From Octopus vulgaris (Eukaryota): a stretch of DNA of 64,000 nt. Below, piece after piece: positions 13,801 to 26,600 of this stretch. The first letter of the stretch is position 1; every line of letters starts with the position of its first letter. Location of the stretch: positions 175,522,001-175,586,000 of the forward strand of contig OX597815.1 in the NCBI GenBank assembly GCA_951406725.2. The letters run 5' to 3'. The notes below the pieces were generated by a model, which worked only from the letters and a program-made list of their open reading frames with translations, was not told where the DNA came from and did not search any database. Position numbers and translations under genes: made by a program.

Positions 13801-15736
13801 ATCTGGGCTTTGCAAATATTCTGCAGCAATTAACGAACCCTAACCCTAAGCCATTCATGCAGGAAGAAATGAAAGCGACTGCAATTCACACTTCTTAAAT
13901 CTAACAAAAGTGTGGTACCAATACATACATATATACATACATATATACATACATATGTACATACATGCATGAATGTATGCACTCACCCCTCGTACATCCA
14001 TCCAACCGCCCATGCATGCATGTATGCACGCACACCCCTCGTACATGCATACATACATTACAAATATAATCTGTTAGTGGAACAGTAAAAATAAGCCTGA
14101 TTTTTCTTGAGTTTGAAATCTGTTACTGTTTTCGTTATTTCCATTCCCAAACACAGGGTTTTGTATCTTTGTTAGATATCAGCTCCTTCCTCAGAGGATT
14201 CTAAAAATGAAAGAAAAGAAGAGAATATGCAGACAAGCAGACAGACCCACTGACAGACAAACATGCATGTGCGCACTTGCATACATATACACCAATGTAC
14301 TTACGCATAAACTAACACGTCGATACAGACATGCAAGAAACATGTATAAAACATGTTTATATAGAACATGGGAGCTGGGATATTTCATGAAATGTAAAGC
14401 ATAACCATTAAGATAAACACAAACTAGTTTGTCTAAAATACATAGAAAAGGGGTTTAATGCCTGGGTTTGTGTCGATAGGAATTACACCGAACAATGGCC
14501 TTGGATTTTTCTGATCAGAGCAATGTTGCCATTGGAAGAATGAGCCGTTTGTATAAATTCAAGACTAGAAGCAGTTTTTATGTTATTTCTAAGGTTCTGT
14601 AGATGTTTGAGAAAGTTCCCAGATGAGGGTGGCAATAAAAATAGTCGATGATTCTGAAGTTGTTCTTTGGATAATCTACAAGCGTAGAGGAGGATATATA
14701 TTGGCAGCAGTCAAATCCCATTTGTTTAGATTGGAATGTTTATTGAGAAACAGTAAGAACTGAACTGTAAGTGGAATTGTCACTGTATCATGGTATTACA
14801 ATATCAAACAAACTCTCGGTTATTGTTATACATCGCTGGTCACAATGCGCTTTGTATTGTCTTAGTTTTTGAATGATGCTACCTCGCTGGCTAGGTGAGC
14901 AGGCCAACACCCTCCCCACCCCTCACTCCCCGATCAGAAGGAGAATACTGGGCGGTCCATCTACAGCTGAGTGGACTGGAGCAACGTGAAATGAAGTGTT
15001 TTGCTCAGGAACACAACATGCCGCCCAGTTTGGGAGTTGAACCCACCCTGAACACTAGGCCATGTAGTTTCACATGTAGAATTGTATTTCTCGTAAAAGA
15101 GTCCAAAGACGGTTTAGAGGAATGAGATTTGGTTCTGAAATCTGACGAGATTACTTGATGTACATAATCTTTTCTCTTTTATCTTTCCCTTGTTTCCGTC
15201 ATAAGACTGTGGCCATACTGGGGCATGGCCATGAAGAATTTTTGTCTTCATGAATCACCTCCAGTCCTTATTCTATCGGAACCCCTAAGCCCAGAAGAGT
15301 TGACCCTTTTCAGCACCCTTTATGTTGAGAACAGACTTCAATGACAATCCAGAGAGTTGAATTTCTATCAATCTGTTGTATGATTTCAAGAATATCATTT
15401 CTTCTATTTCCACAGGTGACAGAGCTTGCTAATGGTGTTCCCGACAAAACAGCTGTGACATATTCCTATGTCAACATTGAAATTCTAGACGATAATGATT
15501 TCCCGCCAGTCTTCCAGCAAACTCTGTACAACATGACCATTCCGGAAAACACCAGATCCATTGACAATTTCACCATTATTGGCACACCTATGTTTGTTTT
15601 TGATAAAGACTCAGTCAGTACTCCTTCTACTGCTACTTTACTTTCTCCTCCTCCTCCTCTTCCTTCTCAACATCATCATCATTCTTGTTGTTGTCATCAT
15701 CATCATCACAAAACTATCACCACCACCACCACCACA

Positions 15737-15770
<34 letters not shown>

Positions 15771-18540
15771 TTACTACCACCGCCACTACCACCCCCACCC
15801 CCACCGCCACCGCCACCACTACTACTACTACCCTTAGCTTGTTATGTTGTATCTGTCAATAGTTATTTTCTTATTGTCATCCTTTCCAGCAAACGTCCCC
15901 TTTTCTTGGCCGTCTAAGGTCATCTATCAACTCTGAAGTCACACAAGCACCAACTGTATCGCAAATGCTGGTGTTATTTGTCCCAAATAATAACTGATTA
16001 ACACAGTGTACCGTATAAGTTAAACCCACAATCTAGTTATCTTAATGAAAATATTTCTTTGACTTGTCTATTTGGGGAAGTCTGCTCATTTTCATCAAGA
16101 TGAGATGATAAAGCACTAATCGGTTATATGATTGCAGGGAATTTACCTAAATAAAACTTGACTTAGAAGAGGAGGCACAAATTAGATCTCTCATTCATGG
16201 AAATCACATTGACTGTCATATGCACAGGAAATTGTTGAGCAACAGTTGTAAATCATATTCTTCTAATTGAAGTTGTTTAGAGAAACATATCCAAGACAAG
16301 TAGGATATTGCTGAACTCAATGGTTTGACATCAACAATAAACCAGACTGAAAGACGGCAGAGAGATTCAGAACATGCTGTTTATATTTGGGTTCAGTTTA
16401 ACATACAAATTAATACAGATAAGAGTTGTATTGGCTTTGTAAAAGGCCTATAAATAAACTGCAAAGAGTAGAAAAAAAAAAGATTAGCTGTATTCTTGTA
16501 AAGACAACTTCAATCAACTAACCTATCAATTAGAGAATGGTAATTACTTTAAAATGAGTTATCTAGCTTGCAGTTTACTTGTGTTCCTCCTTCACGGAAA
16601 ATTTTCCTGACACGTCAAAAAAAGGTTTAAGATTTCCTTTGAGTTTTGAACAAAATGAAAATTTACCACTGTCTGATTTTTTTTCTTTTCTTTCTGTTGT
16701 AATACTTTTCAGGATATCAATGCCATGTTTTCGTTAGAAATTACTGCGCAAAGTTTCCCTGGAGTTTTTGGTTTGTCAACAAACACTGGAATCAAATCTG
16801 CAGTTGTTAATCTTGTGCTTATAAAACCGCAAATGTTGGATTATGACATTCCAAAATACCGGAGTCAGATGGTTGAGGTAAGCAGAGCTAAAGTAATAGA
16901 AAAAGTGGGAAGCTTTTTTAAAGGTATTTCATTTCTGTGACATTCAACAAACTACTTTACTCAATTACATACAAAAAGAAAGCTATAATGATGATGATAA
17001 TGATGATGATGATAATAATAATAATAGCTTAAAATTTTTCGACATAATACCAACTAATTACCCTCAGCAGCACTAGTGTTAGTATATTTGTGAATAAGTC
17101 ATTAATCAAAATAAGTGGATCTGTTGTTAAGGAGAATACTATTTACTTGTTTACTGGATAAATTGAGAAAATAACTAAAATAGTTCAAATACTAAGAAAT
17201 AAGCATACTCAATTTCATTTTTACTGAATAATTTATGAAGGAGGGAATGGGTTATTTCCCTTGGAAGCTTAAAAATAATTACATCTGCCGTTCAACTGCA
17301 CCCAAATGTTATTCCTCCCGCTGTTTACCTGGACATTTTCTCGAAATCAATTTATACTTAAAACCTCCCCTGACACATAAGCAATGTGTGTGTGAAGTTT
17401 AAGAAAAATCAATCGAGCCGTTTTGGCACAAAATGAGGACACACACACACACACACAGACATTTTCAGGTTTAATAGGTAAGAGGGTGATTGGTGCATTA
17501 GGAAGTGCCAGCACTCAACTGATGTGGCTCAGAAAGATTGGTACAAATGTAAGGATAGAACACCTACCAAAAGCAGTATTGCTTGGAGCTGCAACAGTTC
17601 TGGTACTCATTTAATCGACCCTGAAGGGGATGAAAGGTGAAGTGGACCTCGGCGGAATTTGAATTCAGATCTTAAAGACAGATGAAATACCACTATGCAT
17701 TTTGCCTGCTGTGCTAACAACTCTGCCAGCTTGCAGCCTCATGATTGGTTAAAATATTCTTTTCTACTCTAGGCACAAGGCCTGAAATTTTGGAAGAGGG
17801 GGCCATTCAATTAGATCGACCCCCAGTACACAACTGGTACTTCATTTATTGACCCCAAAAAGATGAAAAGCAAAGTTGAAGTTGGCAGAATTTGAACTCA
17901 GAACATAAAGATAGATGAAATACTGCTAAGCATTTTGCCCAGCGTGCTAACAATTCTGCCAGCTCGCTGTCTTGATTGCTTAAATTATTGATATTGTTTT
18001 GTTTCAGATTACAGCTCAGCAAATAAACAGCACAAAAATTCTGAGTTCTTCAACATTAGTTTATATAAATCTCCTGGATGAGAACGACAATGCTCCCGTG
18101 TTTCAAAAGGATATCTATAAAGCTTCTTTGCCAGAAAACTCACAACTTGGAACCACTGTACTCACTTTGTCTGTAAGTAGTTTATATGAATTTCACTGTT
18201 ACCCTGCAGCATAATATCGACGATTGCAATGACAACGGCAACGCTGATGATGATGATGATAATGGTGATGACAATAACGACAACCACATTGTCGTTGTCA
18301 TCTTTCCTGTCATCATCATCGTCTGTGCTGTCATCACGTCTCTATATCTCCATTATCATCAGTTTTTCTCCTTATTACCAATACGGATTGAAAACTATAA
18401 GTTACGGACAATTATTTCTGTGTTTTAGTTACTGAATCATCATGAATAAGTTCTCCCGCATAGTCCCCACGATTATGTCAATTTTTAAAGACCCAGACAT
18501 TTCGACATGCCTAGAAAAGGAATGTACAGGAAAACATAAA

Positions 18541-18584
<44 letters not shown>

Positions 18585-20658
18585 GACATGCAGGTGTAGA
18601 GATATACGTAAACACAAACAGAGGTAGTCACAGGTATAGACACAAGAATACAAGTGTTTTTATAAAATCAATCGTACTACAAAAAAAGATAGAATGGATG
18701 GGCTTTAATCTGGATCACTACAACTGTTTCTGTGCTTTGGTATGAGCTGGCAGTTGCTGAGTGTTTCACAAATTATACACATTATTGCATTAATACGATC
18801 CAACAGTAGCAGTGTCCCTGCACGTCTTCAGTGGGTTCGTGTATATTCGCCCTCATTTAATGCTAAGACAGAAATAACATTTACACAAAATGATGACGTA
18901 TAACTATGTGCAGAAGAATTTAAGCATAAGATGAAAGTATTTTTTTTATTATAGGCCACCGATCAAGATTCTGGAATAAATAAGCAAATAGTCTACAAAC
19001 TGAATGGGCAAGGAAGTGACTTGTAAGTTTTCTTAGAGCTTTTTCTTTTTAAATGAACTGTTTGTTGAGATTTCCCTGAGTGACAAAGTGAAAGAAACAA
19101 ATAAAAAAGAAAAAAAAATAGAGGAAATTTTAATCTCAATATGGATTCACTGTGTCCATGTCCCAGTAGTCAAATAACTGTTTGGCATTCAAACCTTGCG
19201 ATTATGCATAAGGAAAACTTGTATGACTGACTCACGTATCAAAGAAGGACGATTCAATCTGTAAACAAGAAAGCCTTCTGTTATATAGCAAATCTTGACT
19301 GTGTGGTAAGTAGCTTGCCTACCAACCACATGGTTCTGGGTTCAGTCCCACTGCGTGGCATCTTGGGCAAGTGTCTTCTGCTATAGCCTCGGGCCAACCA
19401 ATGCCTTGTGAGTGGATTTGGTAGACGGAAACTGAAAGAAGCCTGTCGTATATATGTATATATATATGTATGTATGTGTATGTATATGTTTGTGTGTCTG
19501 TGTTTGTCCCTCTAGCATTGCTTGACAACCGATGCTGGTGTGTTTACGTCCCCGTCACTTAGCGGTTCGGCAAAAGAGACCAATAGAATAAGTACTGGGC
19601 TTACAAAGAATAAGTCCCAGGGTCAATTTGCTCGACTAAAGGCGGTGCTCCAGCATGGCCGCAGTCAAATGACTGAAACAGGTAAAAGAGTAACCAGACC
19701 AGAATATTTCTAAATTCATAGCCAGTACAAAATCCTTTAATCTCGAGCCTTTTCTGAATTTTTTTAAAGCTTGTCCTTAAAGTGTGGTTACTTTTATCAA
19801 GCTTCTCAAATATTGAAAAAAAATTATGTCAGTATCTGTTTTTGGAGATCTTAGACACTGAGGGATTACACATGATCTTCTCAGATCCATTTCTGAACGA
19901 ATGAAAAAGAAAAAGACAGACAGGATGTTGGTCTCAGTCTGCATTTTGTAGGGTGTGACATTTTAGCGACAACAGCCACTATGTGGAAAAGTAAGCGGTT
20001 TGATAGTGTCAGGTTACAGGTGAGTTTGTATGAAAAGCATGGCTGCCAGTAGACTGCAATTTCTCTATGGACATCAAGGATTATATATCCTGAAATTGTG
20101 CATGGATCAGCTAGGATGATATTTTTGGGTTAACATCAGCAAATGGTTTAAGGTTCATTAACATGGCATATTTCTAGGGGCAACAATGAGATAAGTCGGT
20201 TTTTCTGTTGAGTATGCGCAGTTTTTCACAGGGGCAGAGTTTTCAGTTACAACTCCATGAAAGCATAGAAGGGGCCTTGCCAATAATGCTCTGTGTAATG
20301 TTGGAGAGATCATTCCACTAATCAAAATGTAGCAGAACAAAGGAGTAGAATTTATCTTGATTCCTACACATAAAGGAGTATATGAGTTAGGTAAATCTTG
20401 CTTTGAAGTTGTTGGCTGTCATACCTGTTATGTTTCATGATATTATTGGATGGTGCAACGGTTCTTACAGTTTAGAGTTGTTTGATAGAACTACATTCCT
20501 TTTGAATTCCATCACTACACTATTTTTTCTGTAAAACGCACATCTACACTCACACGCATGATACACACATATACTCACATATTCAACCCTTTGCAGTCAA
20601 ATAGGTACGCAACCAAAGTTTTGCTCATGTAGAAACACACTACTCTCTCCCCCCCCCC

Positions 20659-20699
<41 letters not shown>

Positions 20700-23600
20700 A
20701 TTTCCATGAGAGTTACAGGTTGGGAAGCCAACCAAATAGGGGATAGCACCTATGCAATACACTGCTGGTAGTGTGCCCAATTATTAATACCCAAGTGCTG
20801 GTTATTGCGTGGCAATTTCACAATCAAGTGTCATATACAGGCAGGGGTAAAAAGTGGTTTACCCTTAATTTATACGGCAAAAAGAAAATGGAGGGGATAC
20901 AAAAATGACATACATCAGCTGGTAGACATTCTATTATGTCTATTTATTCTAAAACAAAAAGGAGTATTATAAGAATAGATACACATGCAAAGACTGTGTG
21001 CTACACAAATATATACTAGTAATATATAAAAGAGTAAAAGTTTGAAAGATCAGTTCCTTATGGCCGTTTCTGCCAAGAGGCCACGATATCCTCCATGCTA
21101 TCTCCATCTCTTCAGTTTTCTGTAGGGATGGGTAGATAGAGTTTGGATGTTGAGTGTGCCTCTAGGCTTCATCAGAGGGTCTAAATAGTTAGGAGAGCTG
21201 ATACATACAAGTGTCAGTTACTAAAAGGTACAGTATGTTTTTCTTATTGAAGATGACATAAGAAGAATAGGAGCAAAACTTAGGGTGTGAGAGGAGTAAA
21301 ATTTAGTAGAATGGATTAGGTCTAGGAAAGAGAAATAAGTCATAGACTTCGAGTGTTGCCTTCCAAGATTCATATTATTTTGTCCAGTTGTGGATAGGTA
21401 GGTATATTCATTCTAAGGATGAGTATTTTTAGGAAGGATAAATTTAGGAAGTGATTCTTATTTTGTTTACAGATCAATACACGTTATGTTTGTGTTTACA
21501 GTGGTAGGTTTGAAAGTATGGACCGTATTTCAGAGGTGGAAGTTTATATGTAGGATGTCAGTTGGTACTAAAGAGAGTATGGCACCAGGTGGTGACCAAA
21601 GTATGGTGACCATAACCACTGCACACAAGGATTCAGGGACTTGTTGATCAAAAAAATAATGAACACGAACACCGTACTTTGGTCACCACCTGGTGCCATA
21701 CTCTCTTTAGTACCAACTGGCATCCTACATATAAACTTCCACCTCTGAAGCACGGTCCATACTTTCAAACCCACCACTGTAAACACAAACATAACGTGTA
21801 TTTATATGTAAACAAAATAAGAATCACTTCCTAAATTTATCCTTCCTAAAAAAACTCATTCTTAGAACGAATATACCTACTTGAATTGTATCAGACTGCC
21901 AGAAGGGAAGCTAGGAGACAGGTTTATTTAGCCAGAGGGGAAGCAGATAAGAAAAAATTTGCCAATGTTCTGTGCCGTAAGGACCAAAGACTTGAGGTAT
22001 TTCGTGTTGCAAGACAGTGATGTCACAGGAGAGAAATGTATCCGCATGGATGATGGTTCACTTGCATTAAACAAGGCTGCAAAGAGAGAGGTTTGGAGAC
22101 ACCACTATGAAAGGTTGCTCAATAAAGAGAATGAATGGGAGAAAGAGAGTCTGCCGAATGTTGACCCAACAGAGAGACCAGCTGAGTTGACAGTGCTTTG
22201 GTAGATAAAGCAATTAAGAGTATGAAGACAGGGAAAGAGATGCTCAAAATATCTGGCAGTGTCGGCTATAGCCTTGTCACCTGTATAGTTAACCAGGTGA
22301 TACATGAAGGAGCTTTCTAACAAATCCGTTGTAGTCTTACTGGAAACTGAAGTAGTGGCATGGCTACGAGGGTATTTAGTGTGTGCATCAGTGACTACTA
22401 ACCAATTACGCCCCATAAAGTTGATGGCATGATCTACATGCAAACGAGAGCAAGGCTTTTCAGGCATTATCCATGGATGAATTGCTGGTTTAGGCGGTGC
22501 CTTTCTGTGTTCACTGCAATAAATGCAGCAGTGGCAAAGATCCACGATTTCCACATCAATGTTTGGCCAGTATACTGCCATCTGCACAAATTGCTTCATC
22601 TGTTGCATACGGAGATGACTTGTGTGTAGCAGATGTAAGATTTGTTTTCATAGACTGGTAGGAATGACTAGTCTCGTGCCGTACAGTAAACATCCATGAC
22701 ACGTGCTCAAAGATTGGGAAAGCTTTCGGAATTGCTTTACTGGATCATCAGAGTCAAGACATGAAGGCCAACCTTCTCATGTAAAATGCATCACTCGTGC
22801 CAAAACTGGATCTTTGGAGGACTCCTTTCTGACTCAAGTCGAATCTGTAGGCTGGACTTATAAACTAATCGTTTCACACACAATGTCGGTATCATCCATG
22901 CCTTCCTCCCCATCAAAGATGGAGTCCTCTCCAACATGAATGCAGCTAAGAGCATCTGCATTCTGATGAAGGTTGCTTTTTCAATACTCTATGACATAGG
23001 AAAATTGGTTGAGAAAAAGTGCCCAGCAAGCTAAACAATTGGCAGCCAAACCTGGCACCGGCTTGTTAGGACCAAAAATTGACAGGAGTGGTTTATAATC
23101 TGTTACCAGAATGAATGATCTGCCAAAAATATACTGATAAAACTTGTTTAGAGCAAAAACTATTGTCAGGGCCTCCTTTTGTATCTGGCTGTAATTGCGT
23201 TGAGATGCAGAAAGGAGCTTGGAGACATTAGCAATTGGTTTTTCATTTGAATAACAATGGAACAAGGTTGCTCCAATACCAATACTGGATGCGTCACATG
23301 TTATTCCCAATGGCACAGAGGGATCAAAGTGAGCCAGAACTGAATCGGATGTAAGGAGGTCCTTCAATCTCAGGAAAGCAGCTTGTTCTGCTTCATCCCA
23401 ATTCCACTCAACTTCATCATGCAAGAACCTGTAGAGAGGTGAAACAACTGTAGAAAAACTAGGAGGCAAAAACTTTGAATAGAATTGCACTGATCCCCAA
23501 AATGACTGCAACACAGATACCTCCTTGGGTGCCGGCATGTTGATGACAGCATCTACTTGGGGACCTTTGGAAATGCCTTGTTTGAAAAGTATGTGTCCCA

Positions 23601-26600
23601 AATGTTCCACTTTGGGTTGGGCGAACTGACACTTCTCTCTGCGACATCAAAAACCTTTTCCCTGTAGACACTGAAGTAAACATTTCAGGTTCTGTAAGTG
23701 ATGCTCTGTATCTGGACCACTGACCAATATGTCATCTAAGTAGACACCAACACCTGGTAGATCGTTCATGATGCCATCCATTATCTTTGAAAATACCTGG
23801 GGGCTGAAGAAATTCCAAATGGCATTTTGAAGTAAAACTCCTCGGTGAGTGCTTAAAGTTAGACGTCTTCGACTCTCTGGAGCAAACTTGATTTGGTTCT
23901 AAGCATCTGCGAGATCAATTTTTGTGAATCCATGACCTTCTCCTAATTTTTGCATTTGATCTTCTGGTGATGGAAGCGGATGTCAATGAGTTTCCAGCTG
24001 AGGATTTACTGTCACAGAATAATCACTACAAATTCGTAAGGGTGTACCTGAAGTTGGTGACGTCTTTTTCTTTTGGACTGGAACAACCGGACTAACCCAT
24101 TCATTGATTTGAACCAGAGTCCAAATTCCTTTCTTTATGCCAGCCTTAATAGCTTGAGTTAAATCAGCTTGGAGCGAAAGGAACAGACCTTGGTTTGCAG
24201 AAAACAGGTTTAACATTGGATTTGAATTGCACATCCAGATCAAAACCTTGAAAACAGCCCAACTCTGGCTTGAACAACTCCGCGTACTCATTGCAAAGTT
24301 TCGAACATGCCTCTTGCAAATGTGCATCTACTTCGCGGAGATGAGAAGATAGCACCCTGGAAAACAGAAGCTCGTCAATTGAAATCTTTTGCTTCGTAAT
24401 AGCATCTCGTCCTAATAAGTTCAAGTTCTGAACTTTGGAAACATGGTATGTAATGGCACAAGTTTTATCAGCATGGGGTTCAACACTGGTTTGACCCCCG
24501 AAAGTACCTATGATTGGAAGAGCGTGTTTGCTAGCCGGTTGATACAGCAAGGTTGCTAATTGAAGTTCCAGTTTTCCCAATTCTGACCATAATTCTTCTG
24601 AAATGAAGTTTCCTCCTGTCGCAGTGTCCAGCTCCATGTGCACCAGCTTGGAATGGATGTGGACTGGAACAAGTAATTGGGGAACCCTGCAAGAATTATC
24701 AGAAACAGCAGAAAGGCTACAAATTTCTAGACTTCTTACCATATTACCGGCATTACTAGGATTTTGCAACCGTGCTTTCTTCCAGCATACTGACTCTAAG
24801 TGCCCTTGAATCTTGCAATAATTACAAGTAGCATTTTTGAAATGGCAATCGGGAGCAAGATGAGAAGTTTTCCCGCGGCAATAACACTTCTGTTTCTGTT
24901 TCGACTTGTCCTCGGCTGGCTTAGAACTTGCCGTCTTTTTTACCTGCGTAGGAATAGAACTGTAGACGGTTTCTTTAGCAACTTTAGCCACATCCTCTGT
25001 CCCAATAGCGACTTTAATTGCTCGATTGAATGTAAGTTCATTGGCATTGAGTTTGAAAAGCGCTTTTAGCACAGCTTCGTTGTTGACTGAGCAAAGAAAA
25101 TGTGTTCATAACGCTTCATCCAGAAGATCCTTGATTGACGTAAAATCACAGGTAGCAGCAGCCTGGCAAATACGAGTAGCTAATTCTTGAATTGATTCAC
25201 CCAGTTTGCGCTTCATGTCACTCCAGAAGTGAAATCTCTCACACACAACAAATCGTTTCGGATCAAATTGTCGCTTCGTGTAGTCGGAGATTTGGTCCAT
25301 CGTAAGATCATAGATGTTTCTTGGTGGTGTTTCTTGTGCCTCCAGATTGGATAACATCTTGTACATGGTAGAAGATTGAGTAGTAAGGAAAACTTTAGGC
25401 TTCTTACTGTCAGGTACTGAATGCGCCTTGGTAAAAGTGCAAAACCTTGACCAGTGGTCAGTCCATAGCTCCGTAGTAGAATCAAATGCAGAAAAACTGG
25501 GCGTGGCAACATGAGAAGTAGAAATGACTGACTCAGACCCAGTACTTGTGAAAGGTTTTCCAATCATCTCTTGTAAGAGTTTCATTTGCTCTTCATGACG
25601 GCACTGTTGTTCTTTACGTTGTTCTTTGTAACGGTATTCTTGATCTTCCAAGCATTTCTCTTGAATGGAAATTTGTTGTAGAAGTTTGACAAGCTTTTCC
25701 GTTTCGTAATGTATGGTAAGCAATGCTGATTAAATCAAACAGCAGATCTCATCCTCGTCACCAAAATAACTCTGTTATGTTTTAATACAGGATTATCAAT
25801 TTACTCAAATGTCAATTAACCAAAAATGGAATGAATATGTGAGCAATATATTCTCAAAAATACACGCTGATTAAAGCAGAACCCAAAAGTCCATGTGCAA
25901 CACAAAGCAGTATGCAAATTAGAACTATTTTTTGTACTAATTAACAAAATACAAATACATCTGCAAAAGTCACCAAACTCAGTTCGATACCTAATCAGAA
26001 CTTAATTAGAGCAATATAACATCTACCAACATTATTATGGATCTCCAAGCCTCCAGAAACAGCTGTTGGATTTATAACACCTTTCTTCCACCCCTTTAAT
26101 TGTCATTTGTACTCTGTATAAGTTGGATCTATTCATATAAATATATCTATATTTATACTTCAATATTCATCATCATAGATGAGTATTTATGCGAAAGCAG
26201 TAAAAATTTGTGTATTTAATTTTAAAATCAAATGCGTTTTTAGTTTTGCAGTTAGCAATGATGGCGTAGTGACTTTGTTGAAGGGCCTGGATTATGAGAA
26301 ACAGCGAACTTATAATCTTCTGGCGATTGCTGAAAACATAGGTAAAGGAAGACAAGTAGACTCTGTGGAGGTGGAAGTTCAGATAACAGATGTCAATGAT
26401 AATGGTCCTGTTTTCCAGAACCAACCTTATACATCAGATATAACCGAAAATACAACAATATTACAACCACCGATAACAATCTCTGTAAGTTTACTTTTAT
26501 TTGATAAATGAGTCAGGGGATTCAAGTATATATATATATATATACTGGATGTGTGTCTGTGTGTTTGTCATGTTAAAACTCAGGATCCACCCAACCAATT

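Larger units (their letters stand above)
22312..26021 (-). mobile_element. Degenerate Ty3/Gypsy LTR retrotransposon (Mag-like), truncated within integrase
   Basis: Gag with double zinc knuckle ([14 protein letters not shown]...[14 protein letters not shown]), protease [18 protein letters not shown] near 23730, RNase [21 protein letters not shown], integrase YWPNID...CIYC...RLHVDHA. Confidence 0.93.

Noticed and set aside
15614-15862. Thr/His/Pro-rich extension of the exon 5 ORF (mucin-like tail)
   Set aside because: It lies after a GT donor whose use keeps frame with exon 6, and the sequence is a compound microsatellite.
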